DNA of 64,000 nt from a virus. Its lineage: Duplodnaviria > Caudoviricetes. Numbering within the stretch: the first letter of the stretch is position 1; every line of letters starts with the position of its first letter. Location of the stretch: positions 13,287-77,286 of the IMG/VR virus record IMGVR_UViG_3300037486_000510. One strand, given 5' to 3'. Both the position numbers and the translations under genes were made by a program. Positions 51,737 through 61,191 of this stretch are shown one piece after another. Under the pieces are notes generated by a model. It made no database searches and was not told the DNA's origin. It saw only the letters and a list, made by a program, of their open reading frames with translations.

Positions 51737-51759
51737 AACAATAGTTCGTCAGGTCATAA

Positions 51760-51785
51760 AAAAGAGGGAGTAATTTCCCTCTTTT
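51760..51785. terminator. Bidirectional intrinsic terminator
   Basis: AAAAGAGGGA-GTAATT-TCCCTCTTTT between convergent genes. Confidence 0.8.
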
Positions 51786-51788
51786 GCT

Positions 51789-54700
51789 TTATATTGATAT
51801 AGGCAAAGGAAGCTGCCCCGGGAATCCATAAGTTTGTGCGCCCTTTGTTACAAAATCTTTAAGTAAAAATTCATCCCATCTAAGATTTAAAGGCGTAAGT
51901 AATTCATATTTTGGAAAAGAATCTTTAGTTATAATCAATGGCATTGAAGCCAATAAAGCAGTCTTATATGCTTTAAAATTAAATATTGTTTTACTTAATT
52001 TATTTTCAATATTAGAAGACATTGTAAGAGCATTAGTTAATTTAAATTTTTCGATAATAGGATTTAATACATTATCATTAACGTTATCGTCTAATTCTTT
52101 TGCTATATTAATTATAGGCTTAGGATTTTTTAAAGTAAATCCAAAATTTGCAGATTCAGGAGAAATAGCTATTGGCAATGTTGCTAACAATTTATTTGCG
52201 TTATCTATTATAGTTGTTAAACTTGCATATTGTGCATCAATAAATTTTTGAGATGCATCTATTGAATCCGAAATTCCCTCTGCTGGCTTCCCAAAATCAT
52301 GAGCTTCTTGTAAAATTCTATATTTGGTTTGAAATTTCCATAATTTAATTTGTTCTGTTGCCACCAATTCTGCTAATTCTGTATATCTTGTAGTCCATTT
52401 AACATATTCATCTACATAATTTATATTTCTCTGTATTCCTCTTTCTATATCTCCTAATTCAAATTCTCCATTTTTATCATCAATATATTTTGAGGGTTTT
52501 TTACTTTTATTTTCTTTAATCTGTTGTTTGTAATTATTTATATTTTCAATACATCTATCAATATCTTTTTTAGTCTCAACCATTAAGGGCTTAAGACTAA
52601 TTTTTTTCAAATTTGTTATTTGTTCTGAAATTTCCTTTTTAAGTGCATCAACTTCCTGTTTAATCAATCCTATAGGATCTATAAAAGGAAGTGTATAGTT
52701 TGTAGAAAAATTTCCAAACAAAACCATCGGAAATAAATATATTCCACAGATAGTTAGGCCTAATAAAATAAAACCAGATTTAGTTTCTATGGGTTTTATA
52801 GGAACATAAACAACTGGAAATGGAATAGGAACGGGCGTTATCCATCCAGTAGACCAACCAGTTATTGGATTTATACAGCTTGCTAATGTAGCGCCAGCGC
52901 AATATTTTAACCAATATCTAATATCTCCATATCCATATTTTGATCGAGGACTTAAATGTTCATCTTCTGGCGCAGGTTCGCATTTAGCTACGTCAGCAAT
53001 TGCATAATATCTTGCTTGTTTATCTTTATATGTAATTATAGAATAAGGTGAAAATAAAGCTAAACTATCTATTATTTTTTCAATATCTTTAATTTGACTT
53101 TGTAAACCATAATATTCTTTCCATAAATCTTCAAAAAATATTGTTAGCCAATTTCCTTCTTTTATCGTTTCATCTTTAGATGTAGTTTCTTTTTTTATTG
53201 TATTGTATTTTGCTACTCTATTATTTACATTTAAATAGTATTCAAATAAATATGTTACTTTATTTACAGCCACTTTTTTTTCATTATAATCAAGTTTATT
53301 ATTTTTATCTGCTAAATTCGTTAACCAATTTTTTAGATCTTCTAGATTATTTTTTCTGTGATAAACTTCAAGAGCCTTTTTAAACCAGTTGCCTGGACTG
53401 TTACCTTTTTCTATATTTTGAATAAGATTATCAAGATGATCTTCTAATTTATTTTTATTAAAACCATCTAAAACATATCTTTTATCAATCCATTCATTTA
53501 TTTGATCTCTAAATGTGATTTCTATTTCAGTAGGATATTCTAAAGAATTTAATACCATACCCAAATCAAACATATAATAAGAAAAGAGTTCATATTCTTC
53601 TTTTTTTGCCTTTGTTTTTTTAGCTACATTATTTGCTTCTGCATTTAATAATCGTATATTTCTATAAAATAATTCTTGTTCTTTTTCTACTTCTTCCTTT
53701 ATTTCATTAAGAGTTTCATTTTTAGCATGACGTTCTACATTATCTTTCCCTGTTATATCTTTAATATTTTTTTCGTAATCTTTGATAATCTTCTTTTTAT
53801 AATTTTTTTCAATTTTTTTATATTCATCATCTACTCTCGAATTAGTATTACGTGTAGATGTATCATCAATTATTGCAATTGAAAGCATAGAAGGATATAA
53901 TGCATTTATAAGATCATCTTTTAAAAATGCTTTTACGTCATTTAATCTTGCATATTTTGTATTTAATAATTCTATTTGTTCGGTTAAATAATCATTTGTA
54001 TCAGATATATCTCTAAGAATAATTTGATTCGTACTTATATCATCAACATATCCTTCAACAGGCGCAAATACTTGAATACCTTCAAGAATAGCAATTATTG
54101 ATTTTTGAGTAACATGAGTATCTTTATCAACAACTATTCTAAAATTTTCTTTTGTACGATTATTTCTAATTATCGCTGTTGTTGCAAGATCTTCTTTAAC
54201 AACTACATCATTAACTATCATTTCTCTTTCTGCTATTTCGCAAGAAAGATCTTTCATCTTTTCAGAAAGTGGTACATATGGCACCACGACATCATCGATG
54301 TTAACAGGACAATTTAGATTGATCGTAAAAGGTACTTTATTAATTGAAATATCAAATGCTTCTGGAACACTCAAACACGCTGTTTCACCTGCAATTTCAT
54401 TAAATGTTTGCTTTGAATATTCTGCAAGTTTACGTCTATTGTATAAATAAAGAGAAGTAAACGCAACAATTGTAATTAATACAGCATCTAAATTTTTAAA
54501 AGCATTAAGAAAGTTTTGAAATAACGGCTTATATTCTTCTGTCATAGTATCATACTCACTTTTCATCATTCCATATACTGTACGCAGCAATCTTTGAATA
54601 TATTTTGTCCTATATCCAGATGGATGATCTGTTCTTGTAAATAAATCTTTTATTTTGTGTATGATATCTTGTAAAATAAGAGTATATGTTTCAATTCTTT

Positions 54701-55325
54701 CTTTGATACCCTCTTTCAATTGTTGTAAACTATCTTTTAATTGTGTTATTTCAGCATCTACACCAGATTTTATTTGTGCTTCTATATTTTCCGGTAAATT
54801 TTTAATTCCCTCTAAATGAGATTTAAATTTTTCTATTATTTCTTTTCTATTTGCAATTATTCCAGCTACTGCTAATGTTATTGATGCAATTTGTTCGTAA
54901 TCAATTTTCTGATCAATATCACTAATGCTATTTATATAATTGATAGCTTGATTTGCATCTAAATTTTCATCTAAAACGGGCATATTTTCTTCTCCTGATT
55001 CTCCATAACATGCTAAAAGCATATCTGAAAGATATTTGTTGTTCAAATCATTAGAAGCATATTTTATTATAGTACTTGCTCTTGGATTTTTTCTTATAGC
55101 CTCTTTGAGTTCGGCCTCATTCATTTGCCTTTTAATTAATTGATTTACAATTAACTGAATTGCAGCAAACGCCGCCATTTCTAATAATTCTCTTTTAGTA
55201 GGAATACTAAAATATAATCTCTCGAGTTCCATATTTAAACGGAATTTAAGAGAAGTTTTTGCTGCTTCGTATTCTTTTTTAGCTAAATCTTTTCCTTTGC
55301 TTAATATATCATCTAATATGCCCAT
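51789..55325 (-). CDS. Large hypothetical coiled-coil protein with hydrophobic segments
   Basis: 1178 aa; K/E-rich helices; barrel-sandwich-like VxxxxxVxxxxIIAxxxxxxVxAPVEGYV; Cys/Pro-rich WLKYC...PIPFPVVYVP. Confidence 0.7.
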   Translation of the reverse strand: MGILDDILSKGKDLAKKEYEAAKTSLKFRLNMELERLYFSIPTKRELLEMAAFAAIQLIVNQLIKRQMNEAELKEAIRKNPRASTIIKYASNDLNNKYLSDMLLACYGESGEENMPVLDENLDANQAINYINSISDIDQKIDYEQIASITLAVAGIIANRKEIIEKFKSHLEGIKNLPENIEAQIKSGVDAEITQLKDSLQQLKEGIKERIETYTLILQDIIHKIKDLFTRTDHPSGYRTKYIQRLLRTVYGMMKSEYDTMTEEYKPLFQNFLNAFKNLDAVLITIVAFTSLYLYNRRKLAEYSKQTFNEIAGETACLSVPEAFDISINKVPFTINLNCPVNIDDVVVPYVPLSEKMKDLSCEIAEREMIVNDVVVKEDLATTAIIRNNRTKENFRIVVDKDTHVTQKSIIAILEGIQVFAPVEGYVDDISTNQIILRDISDTNDYLTEQIELLNTKYARLNDVKAFLKDDLINALYPSMLSIAIIDDTSTRNTNSRVDDEYKKIEKNYKKKIIKDYEKNIKDITGKDNVERHAKNETLNEIKEEVEKEQELFYRNIRLLNAEANNVAKKTKAKKEEYELFSYYMFDLGMVLNSLEYPTEIEITFRDQINEWIDKRYVLDGFNKNKLEDHLDNLIQNIEKGNSPGNWFKKALEVYHRKNNLEDLKNWLTNLADKNNKLDYNEKKVAVNKVTYLFEYYLNVNNRVAKYNTIKKETTSKDETIKEGNWLTIFFEDLWKEYYGLQSQIKDIEKIIDSLALFSPYSIITYKDKQARYYAIADVAKCEPAPEDEHLSPRSKYGYGDIRYWLKYCAGATLASCINPITGWSTGWITPVPIPFPVVYVPIKPIETKSGFILLGLTICGIYLFPMVLFGNFSTNYTLPFIDPIGLIKQEVDALKKEISEQITNLKKISLKPLMVETKKDIDRCIENINNYKQQIKENKSKKPSKYIDDKNGEFELGDIERGIQRNINYVDEYVKWTTRYTELAELVATEQIKLWKFQTKYRILQEAHDFGKPAEGISDSIDASQKFIDAQYASLTTIIDNANKLLATLPIAISPESANFGFTLKNPKPIINIAKELDDNVNDNVLNPIIEKFKLTNALTMSSNIENKLSKTIFNFKAYKTALLASMPLIITKDSFPKYELLTPLNLRWDEFLLKDFVTKGAQTYGFPGQLPLPISI

Positions 55326-55333
55326 TTACTATT

Positions 55334-55462
55334 TTAAAATGCAGGAATTATTTCAGTATGATTTTTAGCACTACCAGAACCACAGGTTTTAATAGTTGTA
55401 CTGCATGAAATTGTACACATAATTATTAGTAATGCTAAAATTAAAATAATTTTTCTTTTCAT
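55334..55462 (-). CDS. 42-aa lipoprotein (not in ORF track)
   Basis: MKRKIILILALLIIMCTISCSTTIKTCGSGSAKNHTEIIPAF*; basic n-region, h-region, lipobox TISC. Confidence 0.75.
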   Translation of the reverse strand: MKRKIILILALLIIMCTISCSTTIKTCGSGSAKNHTEIIPAF

Positions 55463-55473
55463 TTTTCTACTTT

Positions 55474-55620
55474 TTATTTTGGATGATATGATGGTCTTGT
55501 ATTTGAATATACGCCATTACGCATGTTGTCGCTGACATATGCTGGACAAATTTTTCTATTACAAGAAGTAATAAGCATTAAGGCTAATACTGCTAAAATT
55601 AAAATAACTTTCTTTTTCAC
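55474..55620 (-). CDS. 48-aa lipoprotein, GTG start (not in ORF track)
   Basis: MKKKVILILAVLALMLITSCNRKICPAYVSDNMRNGVYSNTRPSYHPK*; lipobox ITSC then CPAY. Confidence 0.75.
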   Translation of the reverse strand: MKKKVILILAVLALMLITSCNRKICPAYVSDNMRNGVYSNTRPSYHPK

Positions 55621-55654
55621 GATAAATACATTTTATTGTATTTATTCATTTCTA

Positions 55655-56578
55655 TTATTTTAGTTCAATTGAATTATATGTTCTAGCCCAATCAATATAT
55701 TCATTAAGTCCATCTTCTAATTCTATTTTAGGAAAATAGCCAAGTTTTTCTTTTGCTAATGAAATATCTGCTAAACTGTGTTTAACATCTCCAGGTCTTT
55801 CATCAATATATTTAATTTCTCCGCTTATCATTTTAGCGAGGTTGTTGATCGTAACACGTTTTCCGCTTGCAATATTAAATGCGCCTTTAATTCCTTTAGT
55901 CTCTGCTGCCTTTATATTAGCTTGAACTACATCATTCACATTAACAAAATCTCTTGTTTGTTCTCCGTCTCCATAAATAAATAGCGGTTTATTTTGAAGC
56001 ATATTAAATACGAAAATAGGAATTACATTTCCATATGCGTCAAATCTTTGATTTGGCCCATATACATTAAAATATCTAAGACAAATAACTTCCATATCAT
56101 ATAATTTAGAATATGCAAGAGATAATTTTTCTTCACATAACTTTGTACATCCATAAGGAGAATCTGGTTCAATTGGATGATCTTCTTTTATGAGTATAGT
56201 TTTTAATTCACCAAATATTCCGGCAGAAGATGAAACTACTATTTTATGTATATTTTTTTTTCTAGCAGCTTCTAATACGTTTAAAGTTCCAATTACATTA
56301 GTTTCAGCATCTATAATAGGATAATCAATTGAACGTTTATTACCAACAGACGCAGCCAAGTGAAATACTGTATCAACATTATGCATAGCAATTTCTACAA
56401 TTGCTCGATCTCTGATATCTCCTTCAATAATATTAATAGATTTAAATGGAATAATGTTATCTTTATATCCTGAAGAAAAATTATCCAAGATTGTTACGGT
56501 TTTTCCTGATTCAATTAAATATTTAACAATATTTGAACCTATAAATCCTGCGCCTCCTGTAACTAAAATATTTTTCAT
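55655..56578 (-). CDS. NAD-dependent NDP-sugar epimerase/dehydratase (GalE/WbpP-like extended SDR)
   Basis: ILVTGGAGFIGS, FHLAA, SSAG, YGCTK, LRYFNVYGP, RDFVNVND. Confidence 0.95.
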   Translation of the reverse strand: MKNILVTGGAGFIGSNIVKYLIESGKTVTILDNFSSGYKDNIIPFKSINIIEGDIRDRAIVEIAMHNVDTVFHLAASVGNKRSIDYPIIDAETNVIGTLNVLEAARKKNIHKIVVSSSAGIFGELKTILIKEDHPIEPDSPYGCTKLCEEKLSLAYSKLYDMEVICLRYFNVYGPNQRFDAYGNVIPIFVFNMLQNKPLFIYGDGEQTRDFVNVNDVVQANIKAAETKGIKGAFNIASGKRVTINNLAKMISGEIKYIDERPGDVKHSLADISLAKEKLGYFPKIELEDGLNEYIDWARTYNSIELK

Positions 56579-57693
56579 TTTTTTTCACATAATAAAATTA
56601 TTCTAATATTATTATTAATATCAGGCCTATGTGATTGCACTTTTTTGGTAATATTAAATTCTTTAGATATTACATTAACTAAATCTTGATTAGTTTCAAA
56701 TATTACAGTTTTTGATTTAATGTTATGTAAGGCTTCCTTAGTATTCGAAAAATAATGAAGAACGTTTAAACACAGAGTTATATCATATTCAGCAGATATT
56801 TCTTCGCCACCTGTCCATCGTTTAAGATTTATTATATCGCCTTCAATTTCATTTATATAATTGGTAGTTTCTAATATTTTTGGATTAATATCAAATCCAG
56901 TAACATTGGCGCCTTCTTTTGCTGTCTTTAAAGAAAAATAACCATGAAAACATCCTAAATCTGCTACTTTTTTACCCTTCCAATCAACTAAATTTTTTAT
57001 ATTATCCCAAGTTTTAAATGATTCTGTATAACCAATAAAATTTATACATTCTATATCTTGATATAATTTATCATATTCTTGTTTATTAATATACTGTAAT
57101 AGATTTTCCTTTCTAATTGCATTTATATTATCTTCATTTATCCAAGAAATTCTTTTATATAATTCTTCTTCTGATATAAATTCATTAGCATATGAATCAA
57201 AATATTCAATATTTAATTTAGAAAAAATTTTTTTAATTATTAGATGATAAAAATTATAATATTCATTATACGCTTGAATTTTATATGTAAATTTTAATCT
57301 TTTTTCAAATTCTTGTCGATTTGTACAACAAACACAAATAATTTTAATGTCATCTTTATTTTTTTCATAATAATCTAAAAAATTTAAACGTCCGTATACA
57401 TGAGACCACCCCTCTAAATTTAATTCTAATGCATTTGACATGCATACGCTATTTAGTGTATTATCAATTTTATATTTATATGGAATTGCGTCTATGATAA
57501 ATTCATCCGGTAATTTTTGAATTAATTTTTCATATTGATTTTCTATTGTTTCTACATATCCTCCCCAATTTGCTTCAAAATCAAAATACAGTATGTTATA
57601 AAAAACACTAAAAAATTTAGTAAATGTAGTTTTTCCTGAACCAGATAACCCAGTTACAAATATTTTTTTTTCGTTAAATTTTTTTAAATTCAT
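56575..57693 (-). CDS. P-loop kinase-like domain fused to class I SAM methyltransferase
   Basis: GLSGSGKTT; VADLGCFHGYFSLKTAKEGANVTGFDIN; YDITLCLNVLHY. Confidence 0.8.
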   Translation of the reverse strand: MNLKKFNEKKIFVTGLSGSGKTTFTKFFSVFYNILYFDFEANWGGYVETIENQYEKLIQKLPDEFIIDAIPYKYKIDNTLNSVCMSNALELNLEGWSHVYGRLNFLDYYEKNKDDIKIICVCCTNRQEFEKRLKFTYKIQAYNEYYNFYHLIIKKIFSKLNIEYFDSYANEFISEEELYKRISWINEDNINAIRKENLLQYINKQEYDKLYQDIECINFIGYTESFKTWDNIKNLVDWKGKKVADLGCFHGYFSLKTAKEGANVTGFDINPKILETTNYINEIEGDIINLKRWTGGEEISAEYDITLCLNVLHYFSNTKEALHNIKSKTVIFETNQDLVNVISKEFNITKKVQSHRPDINNNIRIILLCEKK

Positions 57694-60600
57694 TTGCTTT
57701 AATATTTTTTTCTTTTTGTGTTTCTTTTAAAATATTTTTATTTTTACTATGCAATGGTAAAAAATCATCTCTTTTATAATATACATGTGGATGATTTTGG
57801 TGTATTACTGTAATATCATCTACAATTTTTTTATTTAAGCCTAATCTATCAATTCGTTGGATAAAATCATTATCATCAAATCCTATGCCTTCTGCGAATC
57901 TTTCATCAAATCCATTTAATTTTTCTATATTTTTTCTTGTCATTGCAGCGCAAAAATGAAAATATACTGGTCTATATTTTGAATGATTATACCAACCCAC
58001 ATATTCTTCACTCGAAACAGTAGCTATATGTGGTGGTAACGTATTAATAAATTGCATAATAGTATCATTTTCAATATATTCATCAAGTTTTTGCGTATTT
58101 TCATTATTCATTGAAAACGTTGACATAGTTAAATAATCATTATCTTGAATATTTTCATCTACATATGTAAGTACATCATGCACATGTAAACATTCTGGAT
58201 TTTGAAGAATTATTATACTTCCAACAGCTGTACGTATGCCTATATTAAAAGGAATACATGGATTTACGTACCATTTATCTTCTGGCTCTATTCTAATTAT
58301 TTTTAAAAACGGAAATTCTGAAAGATATTCTTCTAATCGATGTTCTGGCAAACTGCCATCGTCAACTGCAATCAATTCAAAATCTTTAAATTTTGATTTT
58401 TGAATTGATTTTAATGTTCTATAGAATAATTCTTTTCTATTATAATATGCTGTTACAATAGATATTTTAACATATTTTCCCCAATCCTTTCCAATGTTTC
58501 TAACTAAAATATTTTTTCTTTCTAAATATAATTTATAATTATAAACCCAATCAGGATTATCCCATTGTACTAACCCTGTAGCTCGTTTACCGTGATATAA
58601 ATGTACTATTTGAGCATCCACCATATGATATTGTGCTCCATTTAATTTTAATCTATCAATTAAATCATTATCATCGCAAGCATAACCAATAAGATCTTCA
58701 TCATATCCGCCAACATCTATTAATCTTTTTTTGACAATTGCCATTAAAAACGGCATTTTTACATGATCTGTTCTGGGCGAACATGCATCTTTTAAATATT
58801 CATCTGGTGATTTTGTTAAATGAGGATATTTTTCTGGTGAAATTTGCTTCATTAAACTTGATGTGTAATAATTATTATCATCAAAATACATCATTTCCGG
58901 TATAACTAAATAATTATCATTATTAAGTAAAGGCTCGATAATTTTGTTTATTCCTTCATTAAGATGATAAATTTCTGGACAAGTTAATATTACAATATTT
59001 CCGCGTGAATGTTTAATACCAATATTTAATGGCATAGCGGGATTTCTGCTTGTTAACTTTTCCTTAGTATTTCTATATCCTGAAAAAATGTATTTAATAT
59101 TCAATTTATCTTTATATAAATAGCACATCTCTTTAGTACCATCGTCATCTAATCCATCATTAACTATAACTACTTCAAATGGATAATAAACTTTTTGTTT
59201 GGCTATTGATGAAAGTCCCAGATTTAATAATTCTGCTCTATTGAATGATGACATTATTATAGATACTTCAGGTTTTTCTATTTTATCAGATATAGCATAC
59301 TTCGGCTTATCTATTTTCATATTAATTATTTCATCTGCAATTAATGAGAACGTTATTTTATAGTTTTTATAATTTTTTTCATTTAAAATATTATTATATT
59401 TTTGAGATTCTACTCCTCCACCATACCAGTGATATCCTATTGAATCTTTATCAAATCCATCAATTTTTATTGAATTCGTAAAACAATAATTTATTTTAGT
59501 CCAATCAAACTTATAAATTAGATTTGTGGGTAAATTATAAAAATTTAAGTATGGGTATTTTGCTAAAATATGTTTATATATGTTTGATGAATGTAGATGT
59601 CCGGTAAACATTTTATAAATTAATTGTACACCCATAGATTGATAATTATCTTCTATTTTTTTATTTTTATCTTTAATAAGTATTTCATTAATGCCAAATT
59701 CAAATAAATTTTTATAATATTTATTATTTACAGATGCACCTAAAAAACCAATTGTTAATGTTTTTTCTGAAGATTGATATTCGTGTATTATTGTATCATA
59801 TCCATTTTCAATAATTTTTTTATAAAAATCATCTATAGGTCTAAAAAATAGTACATCCATATCACAATATAATCCGCCATCTTCATATAACTTATAATAT
59901 CTAAATATATCACTTTTATGCACAGGCGATAAATTTTTTAATTTATCTTGTATTTTAATTGGAAACTCCGCTGGCTTAATTTGTATATTTAAATTTTTAA
60001 GTTTGTTAAAATAATTATCTCCTTTATAATTGTAATAATCTTGATCTTCGTCGCCATTCCATCCTTTATTTCCAATATTATTATAAGATACATATAATGT
60101 CATTTCCCAATTAGGATTCATTTTTCTAAATGAATATAATGTCATATATCTCATCCAAGATAAATCGCTTCCGCCCCAATAAAAAAATATTTTTTTAGGA
60201 ATAATTCTTGTTAAATAAAAATCAGGTTTTTTGACATTTGCTAAAAATAATTCCGATTCTTTTTGAAGTTTATAATTCTTTAAACATAGTAAATCTGTTT
60301 CCTTTTCTATTTTTGCATTTTCGTTAATATTATATTTTTTAATTTGCGCACTATATATTTTTTTTAATTTTTCATCTTCATTAAGTTTGAAATCGCTATT
60401 ACAATTTCTTTTATAAAACAAACAATTTTCTAATTCTTTTACTTTTACAAAATTATATACGCGTTCAAATAATTCAATGTCTGAACCGATAATCCAATTT
60501 TTATATCCTCCCGCTAATTCTAATACCTGCTTATTGAATAAGAAAACCCCCTCATTAAACCAGAATTTATTTTTTGCAATGTTAGTAATTTCTTCATCAA

Positions 60601-61084
60601 AATCTTCATAATTAAATTTTACAATATCATATTCATTTGCATATTGCATTATTTCTTCAATCATTTCTGGTTTCATTATATCATTCCCATTAAATCGAAG
60701 AATTGTATCAAATTTTACTAAATCTAATAAAGTATTTAACGTAACATAAGTATCATTATGTTTTGACATTTCATAGATAGCAATATTTCTATATTTAGAT
60801 TTAATTGCATATAATGTCTCTAATGTATTTTCACAATCATCTACACCAATTAATATTTCATAATTATTGTTATTAATAAAATATGTTTGTTTTTCAATTG
60901 AATCTAAGCATTCTTCAATATAATCAGCAATCTGAAAAGCATAGATAATGATACTAATAGGCTTTTTGATATTAAGATTTAAGGGTGCCTTTTTACATTT
61001 TTCTTGTATTTGACGCAATTCTTCTTTAATAGCAAGATATCGCTTCATTTGATCGTCAGCAGCTCGGGCGCTTGATGTAGACAT
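57674..61084 (-). CDS. Four-domain glycosyltransferase (GT2-like, GT32-like, GT2, GT2)
   Basis: ISIIIYAF..GVDD; PKKIFFYWGG...SDIFRY..LYEDGGLYCDMDV; VSIIMSSFNR..VNDG..GGYDEDL; ISIVTAYYNR..VDDGS..GFDERF; promoter 61105-61115. Confidence 0.9.
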   Translation of the reverse strand: MSTSSARAADDQMKRYLAIKEELRQIQEKCKKAPLNLNIKKPISIIIYAFQIADYIEECLDSIEKQTYFINNNNYEILIGVDDCENTLETLYAIKSKYRNIAIYEMSKHNDTYVTLNTLLDLVKFDTILRFNGNDIMKPEMIEEIMQYANEYDIVKFNYEDFDEEITNIAKNKFWFNEGVFLFNKQVLELAGGYKNWIIGSDIELFERVYNFVKVKELENCLFYKRNCNSDFKLNEDEKLKKIYSAQIKKYNINENAKIEKETDLLCLKNYKLQKESELFLANVKKPDFYLTRIIPKKIFFYWGGSDLSWMRYMTLYSFRKMNPNWEMTLYVSYNNIGNKGWNGDEDQDYYNYKGDNYFNKLKNLNIQIKPAEFPIKIQDKLKNLSPVHKSDIFRYYKLYEDGGLYCDMDVLFFRPIDDFYKKIIENGYDTIIHEYQSSEKTLTIGFLGASVNNKYYKNLFEFGINEILIKDKNKKIEDNYQSMGVQLIYKMFTGHLHSSNIYKHILAKYPYLNFYNLPTNLIYKFDWTKINYCFTNSIKIDGFDKDSIGYHWYGGGVESQKYNNILNEKNYKNYKITFSLIADEIINMKIDKPKYAISDKIEKPEVSIIMSSFNRAELLNLGLSSIAKQKVYYPFEVVIVNDGLDDDGTKEMCYLYKDKLNIKYIFSGYRNTKEKLTSRNPAMPLNIGIKHSRGNIVILTCPEIYHLNEGINKIIEPLLNNDNYLVIPEMMYFDDNNYYTSSLMKQISPEKYPHLTKSPDEYLKDACSPRTDHVKMPFLMAIVKKRLIDVGGYDEDLIGYACDDNDLIDRLKLNGAQYHMVDAQIVHLYHGKRATGLVQWDNPDWVYNYKLYLERKNILVRNIGKDWGKYVKISIVTAYYNRKELFYRTLKSIQKSKFKDFELIAVDDGSLPEHRLEEYLSEFPFLKIIRIEPEDKWYVNPCIPFNIGIRTAVGSIIILQNPECLHVHDVLTYVDENIQDNDYLTMSTFSMNNENTQKLDEYIENDTIMQFINTLPPHIATVSSEEYVGWYNHSKYRPVYFHFCAAMTRKNIEKLNGFDERFAEGIGFDDNDFIQRIDRLGLNKKIVDDITVIHQNHPHVYYKRDDFLPLHSKNKNILKETQKEKNIKANEFKKI

Positions 61085-61104
61085 GATTTATTTTAATCTG
61101 AGTA

Positions 61105-61115
61105 TATTTATATAT
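61105..61115 (-). promoter_or_regulatory. Late-type promoter ATATATAAATA for glycan operon
   Basis: Identical 11-mer at 12579-12589, 14296-14306, 36721-36731, 9031-9041. Confidence 0.7.
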
Positions 61116-61157
61116 TAAAGGCCAATAGTATTAATAAATTATATATTCATGCGTACA

Positions 61158-61188
61158 AAAACTATCCCATGTATTTTTCATATAAATA
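61158..61188 (+). promoter_or_regulatory. AAAACT-N16-ATATAAATA promoter of HNH gene
   Basis: Same core spacing as composite promoters but without TTAACA pair. Confidence 0.55.
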
Positions 61189-61191
61189 TAT

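Noticed and set aside
549-55984. Short opposite-strand ORFs in the track (e.g. 549..758, 987..1175, 2684..3052, 4593..4910, 7630..7827, 53676..53882, 55778..55984)
   Set aside because: Fully nested antisense to well-supported genes, with hydrophobic compositions typical of shadow frames
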